A stretch of DNA of 64,000 bases from an uncultured Devosia sp. GTDB lineage: Bacteria; Pseudomonadota; Alphaproteobacteria; Rhizobiales; Devosiaceae. The translations under genes and the position numbers were made by a program. Positions 43,473 to 52,220 of the stretch are shown one piece after another. Each line of letters starts with the position of its first letter. Position 1 is the first letter of the stretch. Below the pieces are notes generated by a model, which did not search any database, was not told the DNA's origin, and saw nothing but the letters and a program-made list of their open reading frames with translations. The DNA is taken from positions 276 to 64,275 of the forward strand of contig NZ_CAJXJS010000015.1 of the NCBI RefSeq assembly GCF_913055165.1, read 5' to 3'.

Positions 43473-44549
43473 TCAAAATGCCGGCGGATCGCCCCGGAAG
43501 GCGGCCTCCAGCAGGGTGACGATGTCCTCCTTCGTCACCGGTTGCGGGTTCCAGTAGGGTTTGGACGTTGCCAGTTCGGCGGCTTTGACGAGGTCTTCCT
43601 CGCGCATGCCGATCTCCATTAGCGCCAGCGGCGCACCAAGCCGGGTGGCGAAGTCGTAGAGCGCCCGGCCGGGATTGGCGTTGCCGAAGATGCGGCTTAC
43701 AGGCTCAAGCTCCCTGCCTGCTGCGCGCGCGTTGAATGCCAGGGCATGGGGCAGGATCACCGCATGGGTTTCAGCATGAGGCAGATCAAAGGAACCGCCC
43801 AGCGTGTGGCAGAGCTTGTGATGCAGGGCCATGCCCACCTGCCCCAGCACGGTACCGCAGAGCCAGGCGCCATAGAGCGTTCGCCCGCGCGCCTCGAGGT
43901 CGGCAGGATTGGCCACGACATTGTCGAGGGCTTCGGCAAAGGCCTCCAGCCCTTCAATGGCCAGCAGCGTCGATACGGGATTGCGATCCTTGGCATAAAG
44001 GCCTTCGGCCGCATGCGCCATGGCATTGAGCGCGCTCGTAACGGTCATGCCGACCGGCAGCGTTTTTACGAGTTCCGCGTCGTAGAGAATGACTTCAGGC
44101 TGCACCTTGGCGTCGGTGAGAGTGGTTTTCACGCCATTCTCGGTCTGACCAAGAATGTTGGTGGCCTCGGACCCGGCATAGGTGGTTGGGACCACGATTT
44201 GCGGAAGGTCGGTACGCAGGGCTATCGCCTTGCCGAGCCCGGTGGTCGAGCCGCCGCCAATGGCGACCAGGCAGTCTGCGCGCACTAAGTTGGCGTGGGC
44301 AACGGCCTCGTCTGTCACAGCCGTGGGCGTGTGCATGGTTGCGCGGGTAAAGACGCCAACAACCAGATCGCCGATCTCCTGGGCCATCTCCATGGCACTA
44401 TCGGCCTGTGGAGGCGTCGACAAAACGAGCGCGCGCTTGCAGCCGAGCCTGGCGATTTCCTCACTCACCTGGCTGCGAATACCGGCGCCGAAGCGCACGC
44501 GGACCGAGGCAAATTGAGCAGCAAAGCTGGACGTAAAATGCGACACCAA
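43473..44549 (-). CDS. Maleylacetate reductase (iron-ADH family)
   Basis: GGGSTTGLGKAIALR, PTTYAGSE, NAMAHA.E, MALHHKLCH.LGG.F.LPHAETH. Confidence 0.92.
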   Translation of the reverse strand: MVSHFTSSFAAQFASVRVRFGAGIRSQVSEEIARLGCKRALVLSTPPQADSAMEMAQEIGDLVVGVFTRATMHTPTAVTDEAVAHANLVRADCLVAIGGGSTTGLGKAIALRTDLPQIVVPTTYAGSEATNILGQTENGVKTTLTDAKVQPEVILYDAELVKTLPVGMTVTSALNAMAHAAEGLYAKDRNPVSTLLAIEGLEAFAEALDNVVANPADLEARGRTLYGAWLCGTVLGQVGMALHHKLCHTLGGSFDLPHAETHAVILPHALAFNARAAGRELEPVSRIFGNANPGRALYDFATRLGAPLALMEIGMREEDLVKAAELATSKPYWNPQPVTKEDIVTLLEAAFRGDPPAF

Positions 44550-44620
44550 GGCCTCCCTGCCCTTCAGCGGCGAGGCTAGACTTGCACGAATAACATACCG
44601 GCTTGATCGGATTTACGCAG

Positions 44621-44642
44621 CATAACATAACTTGATGTTATG
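44621..44642. promoter_or_regulatory. LysR-type inverted repeat overlapping the LysR start codon
   Basis: CATAACAT-N6-ATGTTATG perfect dyad; a partial copy TAACATA..CTTGAT lies near 44591. Confidence 0.6.
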
Positions 44643-45590
44643 AAGATCGACCCACGACATCTCGAAGTTCTTGCAGCCATCGTTGATGGCGGAGGCCTCA
44701 CGGAGGGCGCACAGGCCATTGGCCGCGCACAGCCAAGCGTCTCGCGGACGATAGCGATGCTGGAGGCACGAATTGGCGCGCCACTGTTTGAAAAGCACAA
44801 GCGTCCCCTTGTGCCCACCGAGCTGTGCCTGGCCCTGGCGGGTGAAGGGCGAAGAATTCTCGCCGCAGGCAATACGGCCTCGGCCATCGTCACCACGTTT
44901 CGCTCAGGCCATAGAGGCATGGTGCGGATAGGAGGCACCCCGGTGTTCATGGACGGGGTCATTTCCACGCTGATTGCGGAATTTCAGCAGAACAATCCGC
45001 AGGTCAGGATCGAGCAGTCATACGGCTATGCACGCGAACTGATGGATCAGCTCGATGCGGGAACGCTGGACGTGGCCATTTGCCCAATGAATCCCGCGGC
45101 AGTGGCACCGGGTTTCCAGTTCGTACCGGTGCTGCCGGGCCGCAATGTCATTGCCTGCAGCAGCCATCACCCGCTGCTGCGCAAGGGTTCGCTGCGGCTG
45201 ACAGACATTGCCCCTTACCCCTGGATTGCGCCGCCTGCGTCGAGCCCCCTTTACGAGGACATGCGCCACATTTTGCGAGATATCGGCGTGACAGACACCC
45301 GCATTTCGTTTTCCGGCGGGACGTTGGCGTCGATGACGGCCATTCTTTCCAATTCAGACGCGCTGACCATTCTGCCCCATTCGGTGGTTTTCATGGCGCG
45401 GCGCCAGAGGGTGCTCGCTGCATTGTCCATCCGCATTGGCCACCCCGAGCGCATGCTGGGCATCCTCACAAAGGACGCCGAGGCGGCCAATCCCACCGTG
45501 CGCCGCTTCCGTCGGTTCATCGATACCGAGTTCCGCAACCTTTCGCGCTTCATCCAGCAGCATGAGCAGAACACGCTCTGGAGAGATTGA
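44640..45590 (+). CDS. LysR family regulator of the aromatic cluster
   Basis: N-terminal HTH (QPSVSR.IAMLE), divergent from the maleylacetate reductase gene. Confidence 0.9.
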   Translation: MKIDPRHLEVLAAIVDGGGLTEGAQAIGRAQPSVSRTIAMLEARIGAPLFEKHKRPLVPTELCLALAGEGRRILAAGNTASAIVTTFRSGHRGMVRIGGTPVFMDGVISTLIAEFQQNNPQVRIEQSYGYARELMDQLDAGTLDVAICPMNPAAVAPGFQFVPVLPGRNVIACSSHHPLLRKGSLRLTDIAPYPWIAPPASSPLYEDMRHILRDIGVTDTRISFSGGTLASMTAILSNSDALTILPHSVVFMARRQRVLAALSIRIGHPERMLGILTKDAEAANPTVRRFRRFIDTEFRNLSRFIQQHEQNTLWRD

Positions 45591-45951
45591 TGCACTGGAC
45601 GTCCTCGTCTGCCTCGCAGTGAAGGCGCTTTCCCTCGCAATTCACATTTGCGTTGGCATTCTCCCGAAAGAGCCAGAGATCATGCGCAAAGCAGCAAGAC
45701 CACGGATGCGATCCTGCGGTCAGATCGATCATGGCGCGCCGGATAGAGGTTCGGCAACCACGGGACATGCGAGGTTATATGATGGGCGCCGATCCCTGGG
45801 CGACGGAAGGCCTGGGAGGCATCTGGTGCGTAGGGTCGACTTCGACGACATATCGCGCCATCAATTGAAGGATACAACCTGCCGGAAGATGGCTGTATTG
45901 GAAAAGACCATGTCGCCTGCTCCTGCTAAGGTCTTGCCCGGGGAGGGTGGA

Positions 45952-46890
45952 GTGCGCTTCAAAGGATTGGACCTAAATCTCATCGTAGCACTGGACGCGC
46001 TGTTGACGACGCGCAGTGTATCTCGTGCCGCCGAACTGACATGCATCAGCCAGCCTGCGATGAGCGCGGCCCTGGCGCGGCTGCGCGACTATTTTGACGA
46101 CCAACTGCTGATCACCGGGACAGGACTCGCGACACTTTCCCCATTGGGCGAAAGCCTTCGCTTACCCGCTGCACAGGCCTTGGCCTATATCAGCGACCAT
46201 CTGGTGTCCTCCGGCTCCTTTGATCCCGAGACCTCTGATCGCGAATTTCGAATCCTAGCCGCAGATACGGTGATCCAGGGGCTTCTCGCCGCCGCGCTAC
46301 AGCGCATTGATCCACTCGCACCCAAGCTGCGTTACTCGCTGCTCACGCCGACCGGAGTGAGCCTGGACAAGCTGGAGAGCGGGCAGCTTGATCTGCTGAT
46401 CGTGCCTGAGCGGGTAGCCAGTCCATCCCATCCCGCGGAACTCTTGTTCGAGGAGGAGCATACGGTCATCGCCTGCGCGCAGTGTTGGACCAGCGACACG
46501 CTTTCGCTGGAGGAGTTTCGCACCGCCGACCATGTCGAGGTCTTTATCGGAGGGCTGCCATACCTCCCCTCAGTCCTGGGCGTTCCCGAGTTCGACAGGC
46601 ACATTGCAGTACGGCTCGACCAGTTCGCGCTGGTTCCATCTTTCGTGAGCGGTAGCAGGCGATTGGCCACATTTCCCGGGATGACTGCGGAGATATTTTC
46701 CCACTCCGCCCAGCTCCGATATTTCCGGCCACCCTTCCCGATCCCGCCGGTTCGCCTCGCCATGCAATGGCACAGCCGTGCCAATGCCGATGCGGGTCTC
46801 CAGTGGCTGCGCCGTGAGTTGCGGGCGAGCATTACTCAGAACCGTTCCCATAAACGGCGCTTATACCGGGTCGTAAATCAATCGATTTGA
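45952..46890 (+). CDS. NodD-like LysR regulator
   Basis: GTG start after GGGAGGG gives MRFKGLDLNLIVALDALL...SQPAMSAALARLR.YF.D, the NodD-subfamily N-terminus. Confidence 0.88.
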   Translation: MRFKGLDLNLIVALDALLTTRSVSRAAELTCISQPAMSAALARLRDYFDDQLLITGTGLATLSPLGESLRLPAAQALAYISDHLVSSGSFDPETSDREFRILAADTVIQGLLAAALQRIDPLAPKLRYSLLTPTGVSLDKLESGQLDLLIVPERVASPSHPAELLFEEEHTVIACAQCWTSDTLSLEEFRTADHVEVFIGGLPYLPSVLGVPEFDRHIAVRLDQFALVPSFVSGSRRLATFPGMTAEIFSHSAQLRYFRPPFPIPPVRLAMQWHSRANADAGLQWLRRELRASITQNRSHKRRLYRVVNQSI

Positions 46891-46955
46891 ACCCCGACAC
46901 GCTCTGCGACGATGGTATCGCCGAGCCCGGAAAAACGGGCCGGGAGGATATCGAC

Positions 46956-48380
46956 ATGAATGTAGAGAACAGATTGGCCCTGTCACGCCGTGGGGCATTG
47001 GGCGCCCTCGGCGGAGCCATGGCGCTGGGCCTGGCGGGCAAGGCGTTCGCCCAGGCGACCCAGTCCAATGCCAGCGAGGCCGCGGAAATCGTGCTGCGCG
47101 GTGGCTACGTGCTGAGCATGGACCCAGCCCTTGGCGACCTGGAGACTGGCGACGTGCACGTCCGTGACGGCAGCATCGTCGAGGTCGCGCCTGAGATCGC
47201 GGCTCCCGGCGCTCTGGAGATCGACGCCCGCAACACGGTTGTCATGCCAGGCTTCGTCGATACGCACTGGCATATGTGGAACAGCATCTGGCGCGGCATG
47301 GCCAACGACGCCAGTTCCTATTTCGCCCTGCACGGCCTGGCGGCGCACTATACACCCCAAGACCACTACATCGCAGTGCGTTACGCTGCACTCGAGGCGC
47401 TCAGTGCCGGTTTTACAACCTGCCATAACTGGGCACACGGCGCAGATACCATCGAAGATGCCGAGGCGGAGCTTCGCGCGTTGGCGGATACCGGCATTCG
47501 CGCCAAGATGGGGCTGGCAGGATTTCTGGGCGGTCAGCCGACCACGCGTGATCAAGTACAGGCCATGCTGGACTGGATCGCGTCGAACGGCGGCGGCAGG
47601 ATCGGCCTTGGCATGATTCTCGATGGAGCCGGCGAGGCGCTTTCCGAGCGTGTGGAGCTCGCACGCAATCTCGATTTACGGCCGATTACCGATCACGGTG
47701 GCTCGCTGGCGCAACCGGACCTGCTGGGCCCCGAATTCCTCTTTACCCACGGCACGGCAGTAACACCCGAGCAGATCGCCTTGATCCTCGACAAGCATCT
47801 GGGCGTCGCCCTCTGTCCCGGTACCGATCCCATGATCGGAGCGGGGCTGCCGCCAATTCATGCCCTGCTCGCCGGAGGCGTACCGCTGGACCAGATCAGC
47901 ATGACGGTCGATGTCACCGCGCAGACGCCAGCCGATCCGTTCGCCATGCTTCGCACCATTGTTAACGCTGGACGCATCCAGCAGGCCAACAATCCCAACC
48001 TGATGAGTATCGTGCAGGCCGCTCCACAATGGCTTCTGAGCTACCGCGACGCGCTCGCAATCGGCACCCGCGGCGGCGCCAACGTTCTCGGGCTTGGTGA
48101 TCAGGTCGGCTCGCTGACACCCGGCAAGCGGGCAGACATCATCGCCGTGCGCACTGACGCTCTCAACATGATCCCGGCGGCCAACACCAACATGACGTTT
48201 CAACTGGTCCAGCACGGGCTGCCATCCAATGTCGATACGGTGATCGTCGACGGCCACATTCGAAAGCAGGCTGGCGCGCTGGTCGGAGTAGAGGTTCGAG
48301 AAATCCTCGCCGAGGCAGCAGAGAGCCAGGCCGCGATCCGCAAACGTGCGGGCCTGCCACCACTCGACACGTCGCTCTGA
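46956..48380 (+). CDS. Tat-signal amidohydrolase (deaminase/chlorohydrolase-like)
   Basis: SRRGALG leader with AFA cleavage site, MPGFVDTHWH metal motif, GSLTPGKRADII, NVDTVIVDG. Confidence 0.87.
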   Translation: MNVENRLALSRRGALGALGGAMALGLAGKAFAQATQSNASEAAEIVLRGGYVLSMDPALGDLETGDVHVRDGSIVEVAPEIAAPGALEIDARNTVVMPGFVDTHWHMWNSIWRGMANDASSYFALHGLAAHYTPQDHYIAVRYAALEALSAGFTTCHNWAHGADTIEDAEAELRALADTGIRAKMGLAGFLGGQPTTRDQVQAMLDWIASNGGGRIGLGMILDGAGEALSERVELARNLDLRPITDHGGSLAQPDLLGPEFLFTHGTAVTPEQIALILDKHLGVALCPGTDPMIGAGLPPIHALLAGGVPLDQISMTVDVTAQTPADPFAMLRTIVNAGRIQQANNPNLMSIVQAAPQWLLSYRDALAIGTRGGANVLGLGDQVGSLTPGKRADIIAVRTDALNMIPAANTNMTFQLVQHGLPSNVDTVIVDGHIRKQAGALVGVEVREILAEAAESQAAIRKRAGLPPLDTSL

Positions 48381-48602
48381 CCCAGGATGAGCTAAGCGCC
48401 GGACCGGCATCTCTACAGTCGGTCCGGCCCATTGCCTTTGCCAGAAAGGCCAGACAACCGCATACTTTCTTGACCAGACCGACGGCGGCACGTCGCCTGG
48501 CTTGGTTGCGCAAGGCAACTAGAGAAGGATCAGGTTGGGGACGCGTGGTTGCAGCACCCTTCTGCGGCAGAGCTTGAGACCAGACCGACCGAGCATTGCC
48601 GA

Positions 48603-49943
48603 TCAGATTGAAGATGTCGTCGTAGGGAGGCGGAAACGCGCTTCGAATCCATCCTGCGCGCCTGCCCGCGGCGATGCCAGCGTAAGCCGGCCCCCAGTGC
48701 GCGTCGCGATTGCGGCGACAATGGTCAGCCCAAGACCGCTGCCGTCCGCCTTGCGCACGTCACGGTGAAAGCGATCAGTCAGGTGCGCAAGGACATCCGG
48801 GGCCAAGACTGGCCCAGAATTTGCGACGACCAGATCGCCGCCTGGCGTGATGGTTAGCTGAACCTCGTCATTGCCAGAGCCGTGACGGAGCGCGTTCTCC
48901 ACTAGGTTCCGGCAGACGATTCCCAATGCGTCGGGGTCGATTGTCGAAAAGACCGGGGTCCGGGGCAGGTCGAGCGCAATCGGCGGCGACTGCGGGCTAC
49001 GAGTCATGTCGTCAATGACCAGCCGTACGGCCGTCCTTAAATCGTATGGCGTGTCGGACTGGAGACGTCCGCCCTCGGCACGAGCCAGTTGCATCAGGCG
49101 CTCCGTCCGCCGCGTCAGGCGTTTCAACGTCTCCTCGATGTCGACCGCACGCTGTATGGCAGCCTTGTCTTCGGTTTCAGATCGAAGTCGTTGCGCCTGA
49201 GCGATGGCCCCCGCAAGGGGAGTCCGCAACTCGTGAGCGGCGTTGGCGGCGAAGCTGCGTTCGGCCTCGAACGCTTCGCGGAGCTTGACCAGGAGGCTGT
49301 TGAGCGTTTCGGCCAAGGGGCCGATCTCCGTGGGCAGATCGTGCGCAGGAACTTCCGACAGGTCACGGGCGCTGCGCACCTCAAGCCGCGAACGAAACCG
49401 GCGCAGAGGATCGAGGCTGAAACGGACCGCCAGTACGATGGCCGCCAGCGCGACAGGGAGCATGATCAGAAGCGGCAACCCAAGGCCCATCTGGATTTCC
49501 CGTGCGACCGACGCTCGATGGGCCAGCGGTTCGGCAACGGTGATGCGGATAGTCTCCTGAAGTGCTGCGTCGCTATAGAATCGGTGGGTTGCCGTCTGCC
49601 GAAAGCCTGGCCCGTCCCAGGGCGGAAACAGCGCAGGATCTGCCGCGTGCGACTGCAGAAGGATGCGCCCCTCGGCATCCCGGACGAGGTAGGTGAAGAA
49701 CTCGTCGTGCCCCCGGATCGGAGCAAGTCGCTGTGTGATCCCCTGCTCTTCCCGACCCACGATATCGGTCACCGCCAGCGGCAGGATCCGTTCCGCTGTT
49801 TCGCGCAGGGCGCTGTCGAACACCTCGTCCATCTCGTCGCGGACAATCACGGACGTCACCGTCGCAGCCAGTAGCCACAGCACCGTCAGCGCAAAACCAA
49901 GCGAGAGGCTCAGTCGACCACGAAGGCTTGCCGGCCACTTCAT
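48603..49943 (-). CDS. Sensor histidine kinase (QseC/PmrB-like)
   Basis: Two TM segments, H-box FAANAAHELRTPL, NLVENALRH, GSGLGL; ATGA overlap with the response regulator. Confidence 0.92.
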   Translation of the reverse strand: MKWPASLRGRLSLSLGFALTVLWLLAATVTSVIVRDEMDEVFDSALRETAERILPLAVTDIVGREEQGITQRLAPIRGHDEFFTYLVRDAEGRILLQSHAADPALFPPWDGPGFRQTATHRFYSDAALQETIRITVAEPLAHRASVAREIQMGLGLPLLIMLPVALAAIVLAVRFSLDPLRRFRSRLEVRSARDLSEVPAHDLPTEIGPLAETLNSLLVKLREAFEAERSFAANAAHELRTPLAGAIAQAQRLRSETEDKAAIQRAVDIEETLKRLTRRTERLMQLARAEGGRLQSDTPYDLRTAVRLVIDDMTRSPQSPPIALDLPRTPVFSTIDPDALGIVCRNLVENALRHGSGNDEVQLTITPGGDLVVANSGPVLAPDVLAHLTDRFHRDVRKADGSGLGLTIVAAIATRTGGRLTLASPRAGAQDGFEARFRLPTTTSSI

Positions 49944-50599
49944 GCCTTGCCCAGCCGGTAGCCCAAGCCGCGCTCGGTGTCGATGACGGCTGCGCCGAGC
50001 TTCTTGCGCAGCCGGCTGACATGGACTTCGATGGTGTTGCTCTCCACCTCGGCGTCGAATGCATAGAGCTTTTCTTCCAGTTGAGCCTTGGACAGAAGTT
50101 GCCCCGGGCGCGCGAGAAAGGCTTCCAACAGCGCCCACTCACGGGCTGTCAGTTGCACCGGCCTGCCGTCACAGTGAACGCTGCGCACGGCAAGATCGAT
50201 CTCCAGCGGTCCATGAGTCACGATGGGGTTCGGATTGCCGCTATAGCGGCGGGCCACCGAACCGATCCGGGCCGACAGCTCTGCGAGATCGAAGGGCTTG
50301 ACCAGGTAGTCGTCGGCGCCAGCGTTCAGCCCCTCAATCCGATCCGACACTTGGTCGAGTGCGGTGAGGATAATGACGGGCGTCACGTCGCCCCGTGCAC
50401 GCAATCCCTTGAGAAACCCAATGCCGCGCCCATCGGGCAGCATCAGGTCGAGGAGGATCAGATCGTAGGGCGTGGACTTCACCGCGCTGCCGGCAGCGTC
50501 GAGCCGCGTCAGCCAATCCACCGACTGGCCATCGGCCGCGATCTGGTCGCGCACTGCAGCCCCCAGAACCGTGTCGTCCTCGATTAGCAGGATGCGCAT
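49940..50599 (-). CDS. OmpR-family response regulator
   Basis: MRILLIEDD, LLDLMLPDG, GADDYLVKPF, IDTERGLGYRL. Confidence 0.94.
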   Translation of the reverse strand: MRILLIEDDTVLGAAVRDQIAADGQSVDWLTRLDAAGSAVKSTPYDLILLDLMLPDGRGIGFLKGLRARGDVTPVIILTALDQVSDRIEGLNAGADDYLVKPFDLAELSARIGSVARRYSGNPNPIVTHGPLEIDLAVRSVHCDGRPVQLTAREWALLEAFLARPGQLLSKAQLEEKLYAFDAEVESNTIEVHVSRLRKKLGAAVIDTERGLGYRLGKA

Positions 50600-50643
50600 C
50601 CTCGTCCCCGTCCTTTTCCGATAACCCTCCATGATCCGCCCGG

Positions 50644-50692
50644 CTGACAGGAAGCTGAAGTGGTGGGCTGGGCCCGTTCAGGCTGTTGTCAG
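50644..50692. promoter_or_regulatory. 49-bp composite operator, copy 1
   Basis: CTGAC-N6-CTGAA-N17-TTCAG-N6-GTCAG between the divergent response regulator and PepSY genes. Confidence 0.7.
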
Positions 50693-50743
50693 CTTTGCCC
50701 TGCATGAATTGTATCAATATGACCGCAGCGCGGAGTTTGGCGC

Positions 50744-51058
50744 ATGAAGAAGACATTGACAATTCTCGGCTTTCTTGCGGTCTTCCCGGCCAGCGCAGCG
50801 CTGGCGGACGACGATTGTTTCGTGCCGATGACCGACTGGCAGCCGCGCGACGCCGTCGCCCGACTGGCTGAGGAGAACGGCTGGACTGTACGCCGCATCA
50901 AGATCGATGACGGCTGCTACGAGATCGATGGCCGGGATGCCGAAGGGCGCCGGATCGAAGTGACCGTCCACCCGGCAACGCTGCAGGTCATCGAGGTTGA
51001 GTATGAGGACGACGACGATCGTCTACTCCAGGAACAGAAAGACGGTGTTGCTGGCTGA
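50744..51058 (+). CDS. PepSY domain secreted protein
   Basis: Signal peptide, C...MTDWQPR.AV, IKIDDGCYEI.GRD..G..IEV...PATL. Confidence 0.87.
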   Translation: MKKTLTILGFLAVFPASAALADDDCFVPMTDWQPRDAVARLAEENGWTVRRIKIDDGCYEIDGRDAEGRRIEVTVHPATLQVIEVEYEDDDDRLLQEQKDGVAG

Positions 51059-51236
51059 CCCGCACACCCGAGGGTGAATTCGGTCTGTCATATCTTCGCG
51101 CTGCGCGCCCCTAACCCGCACCATGTTTGCGCAAGATCCGGCGCGAATGTCCACTTGCGTCGATCTCCAGCCCCGATCCTTAGTCCCCATCTTCCACACC
51201 CTGACGGGACTGGTCCTGCAGCAACCGAAAATGTTC

Positions 51237-51285
51237 CTGACGGCAAGCTGAAGCGGAAGCAGCCAAGGCGTCAGGATGTCCTCAG
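51237..51285. promoter_or_regulatory. 49-bp composite operator, copy 2
   Basis: CTGAC-N6-CTGAA-N17-GTCAG-N6-CTCAG, same spacing as copy 1. Confidence 0.7.
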
Positions 51286-51330
51286 GTCGGCTCTCCAGAT
51301 TGTCCCCAGCAGACAAAAGGAGACCCTGCC

Positions 51331-51705
51331 ATGAAAAAGATCCTGACCCTCCTGGTCGCATCCACGGCGCTGACAGTCGCCATCGGCGTCCCTGCCTGGA
51401 GCGCGATGCATGCCCCGACCGACGGCGTCCTCCGGTCCGTCGCGGCACTCTTCGACGACAGCGCGCAAACCATGTCGCTCGCTCAGGCAGGCGACGATGG
51501 TGATGACGACAATCACTGGCAAGAAAGGACGTCGCGCGGCCACGACGACGATGACGACTGCGGCAACTTTGAAGACGATGATGACGATGACGATGACGAC
51601 GATTGTCGCAATGGGACCCGCAATCCCAAACCCGCCGGCACTGTCGCCCCGCCGCAGAACGGTCTTTTCGGGAACGGCGCTCCTCCACAAGTTCAGGTGA
51701 ACTGA
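51331..51705 (+). CDS. Secreted Asp-rich hypothetical protein
   Basis: Signal peptide, poly-Asp tracts with two Cys, C-terminal PAGTVAPPQNGLFG; AGGAG upstream. Confidence 0.8.
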   Translation: MKKILTLLVASTALTVAIGVPAWSAMHAPTDGVLRSVAALFDDSAQTMSLAQAGDDGDDDNHWQERTSRGHDDDDDCGNFEDDDDDDDDDDCRNGTRNPKPAGTVAPPQNGLFGNGAPPQVQVN

Positions 51706-51742
51706 CCCGCTCGGCGGCACTCTCACAACAAGGGATCATCCA

Positions 51743-52210
51743 ATGAAATCGCTCCTCGCAACGCTCGCGCTGACGACAGCGCTGACGTTTCCCGGCCTCG
51801 CCATGGCGCGGCCGGTGACGCTCACCACCACTCTCAACAGCTATGGCGGCGACGGCGCCTATCTTGCGCTTTACGTCACCGACGCCTCGGGCGCCTATGT
51901 CGGCAGTCTCTGGATGGCCGGCGGCAAGTCCAAATATTACGAGCACCTGAGCGACTGGTACCGCGCCACAGGCGGAGATGCCGGCCAGGTGAACGGCATC
52001 ACCGGCGCCAGTGTCGGCGCGGGGCGCACGCTCGAGATCACGCTCGACCTGGCCGATGCGCTCTTCGATGCAGGCTACACGCTCCACATCGATGCCGCGG
52101 CCGAAGATATGCGCGACAGCCCGAACGAGGTGGCCGTGCCCCTGACGAACGGGGGGACAGGCTCGCCGGTCGCTGGGCGCCGCTATATTGCCAGTTTCAC
52201 CTACAACTGA
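51743..52210 (+). CDS. DUF2271-domain secreted protein (candidate FMN-ylation substrate)
   Basis: Signal peptide, Y.G.GAYLALYVTD..G.Y, KYYEHL.DWYR, ITGAS motif. Confidence 0.8.
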   Translation: MKSLLATLALTTALTFPGLAMARPVTLTTTLNSYGGDGAYLALYVTDASGAYVGSLWMAGGKSKYYEHLSDWYRATGGDAGQVNGITGASVGAGRTLEITLDLADALFDAGYTLHIDAAAEDMRDSPNEVAVPLTNGGTGSPVAGRRYIASFTYN

Positions 52211-52220
52211 GGGAATGGCC

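Noticed and set aside
45600-45880. Possible IS5-like transposase C-terminal remnant (PARHDRSDRRIASVVLLLCA, minus strand)
   Set aside because: Similarity to ATRYDK-type motifs is too weak, and no terminal inverted repeats were seen. BLASTx would be needed.
45952-46890. Nodulation regulator and symbiosis island
   Set aside because: No nodABC or nif genes and no complete nod box; only the LysR subfamily resemblance is supported.
48472-48589. 12-bp direct repeat GACCAGACCGAC (48472 and 48578) at a module junction
   Set aside because: Only two copies, with no gene or inverted repeats between them; could be chance or an old scar.
51074-51334. 86-aa ORF between PepSY and the Asp-rich gene
   Set aside because: Atypical composition, and it spans the second operator; treated as intergenic.
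51490-51605. GAC/GAT trinucleotide run as a DNA repeat or contingency locus
   Set aside because: Mixed synonymous codons point to selection for poly-Asp protein rather than a slippage tract.
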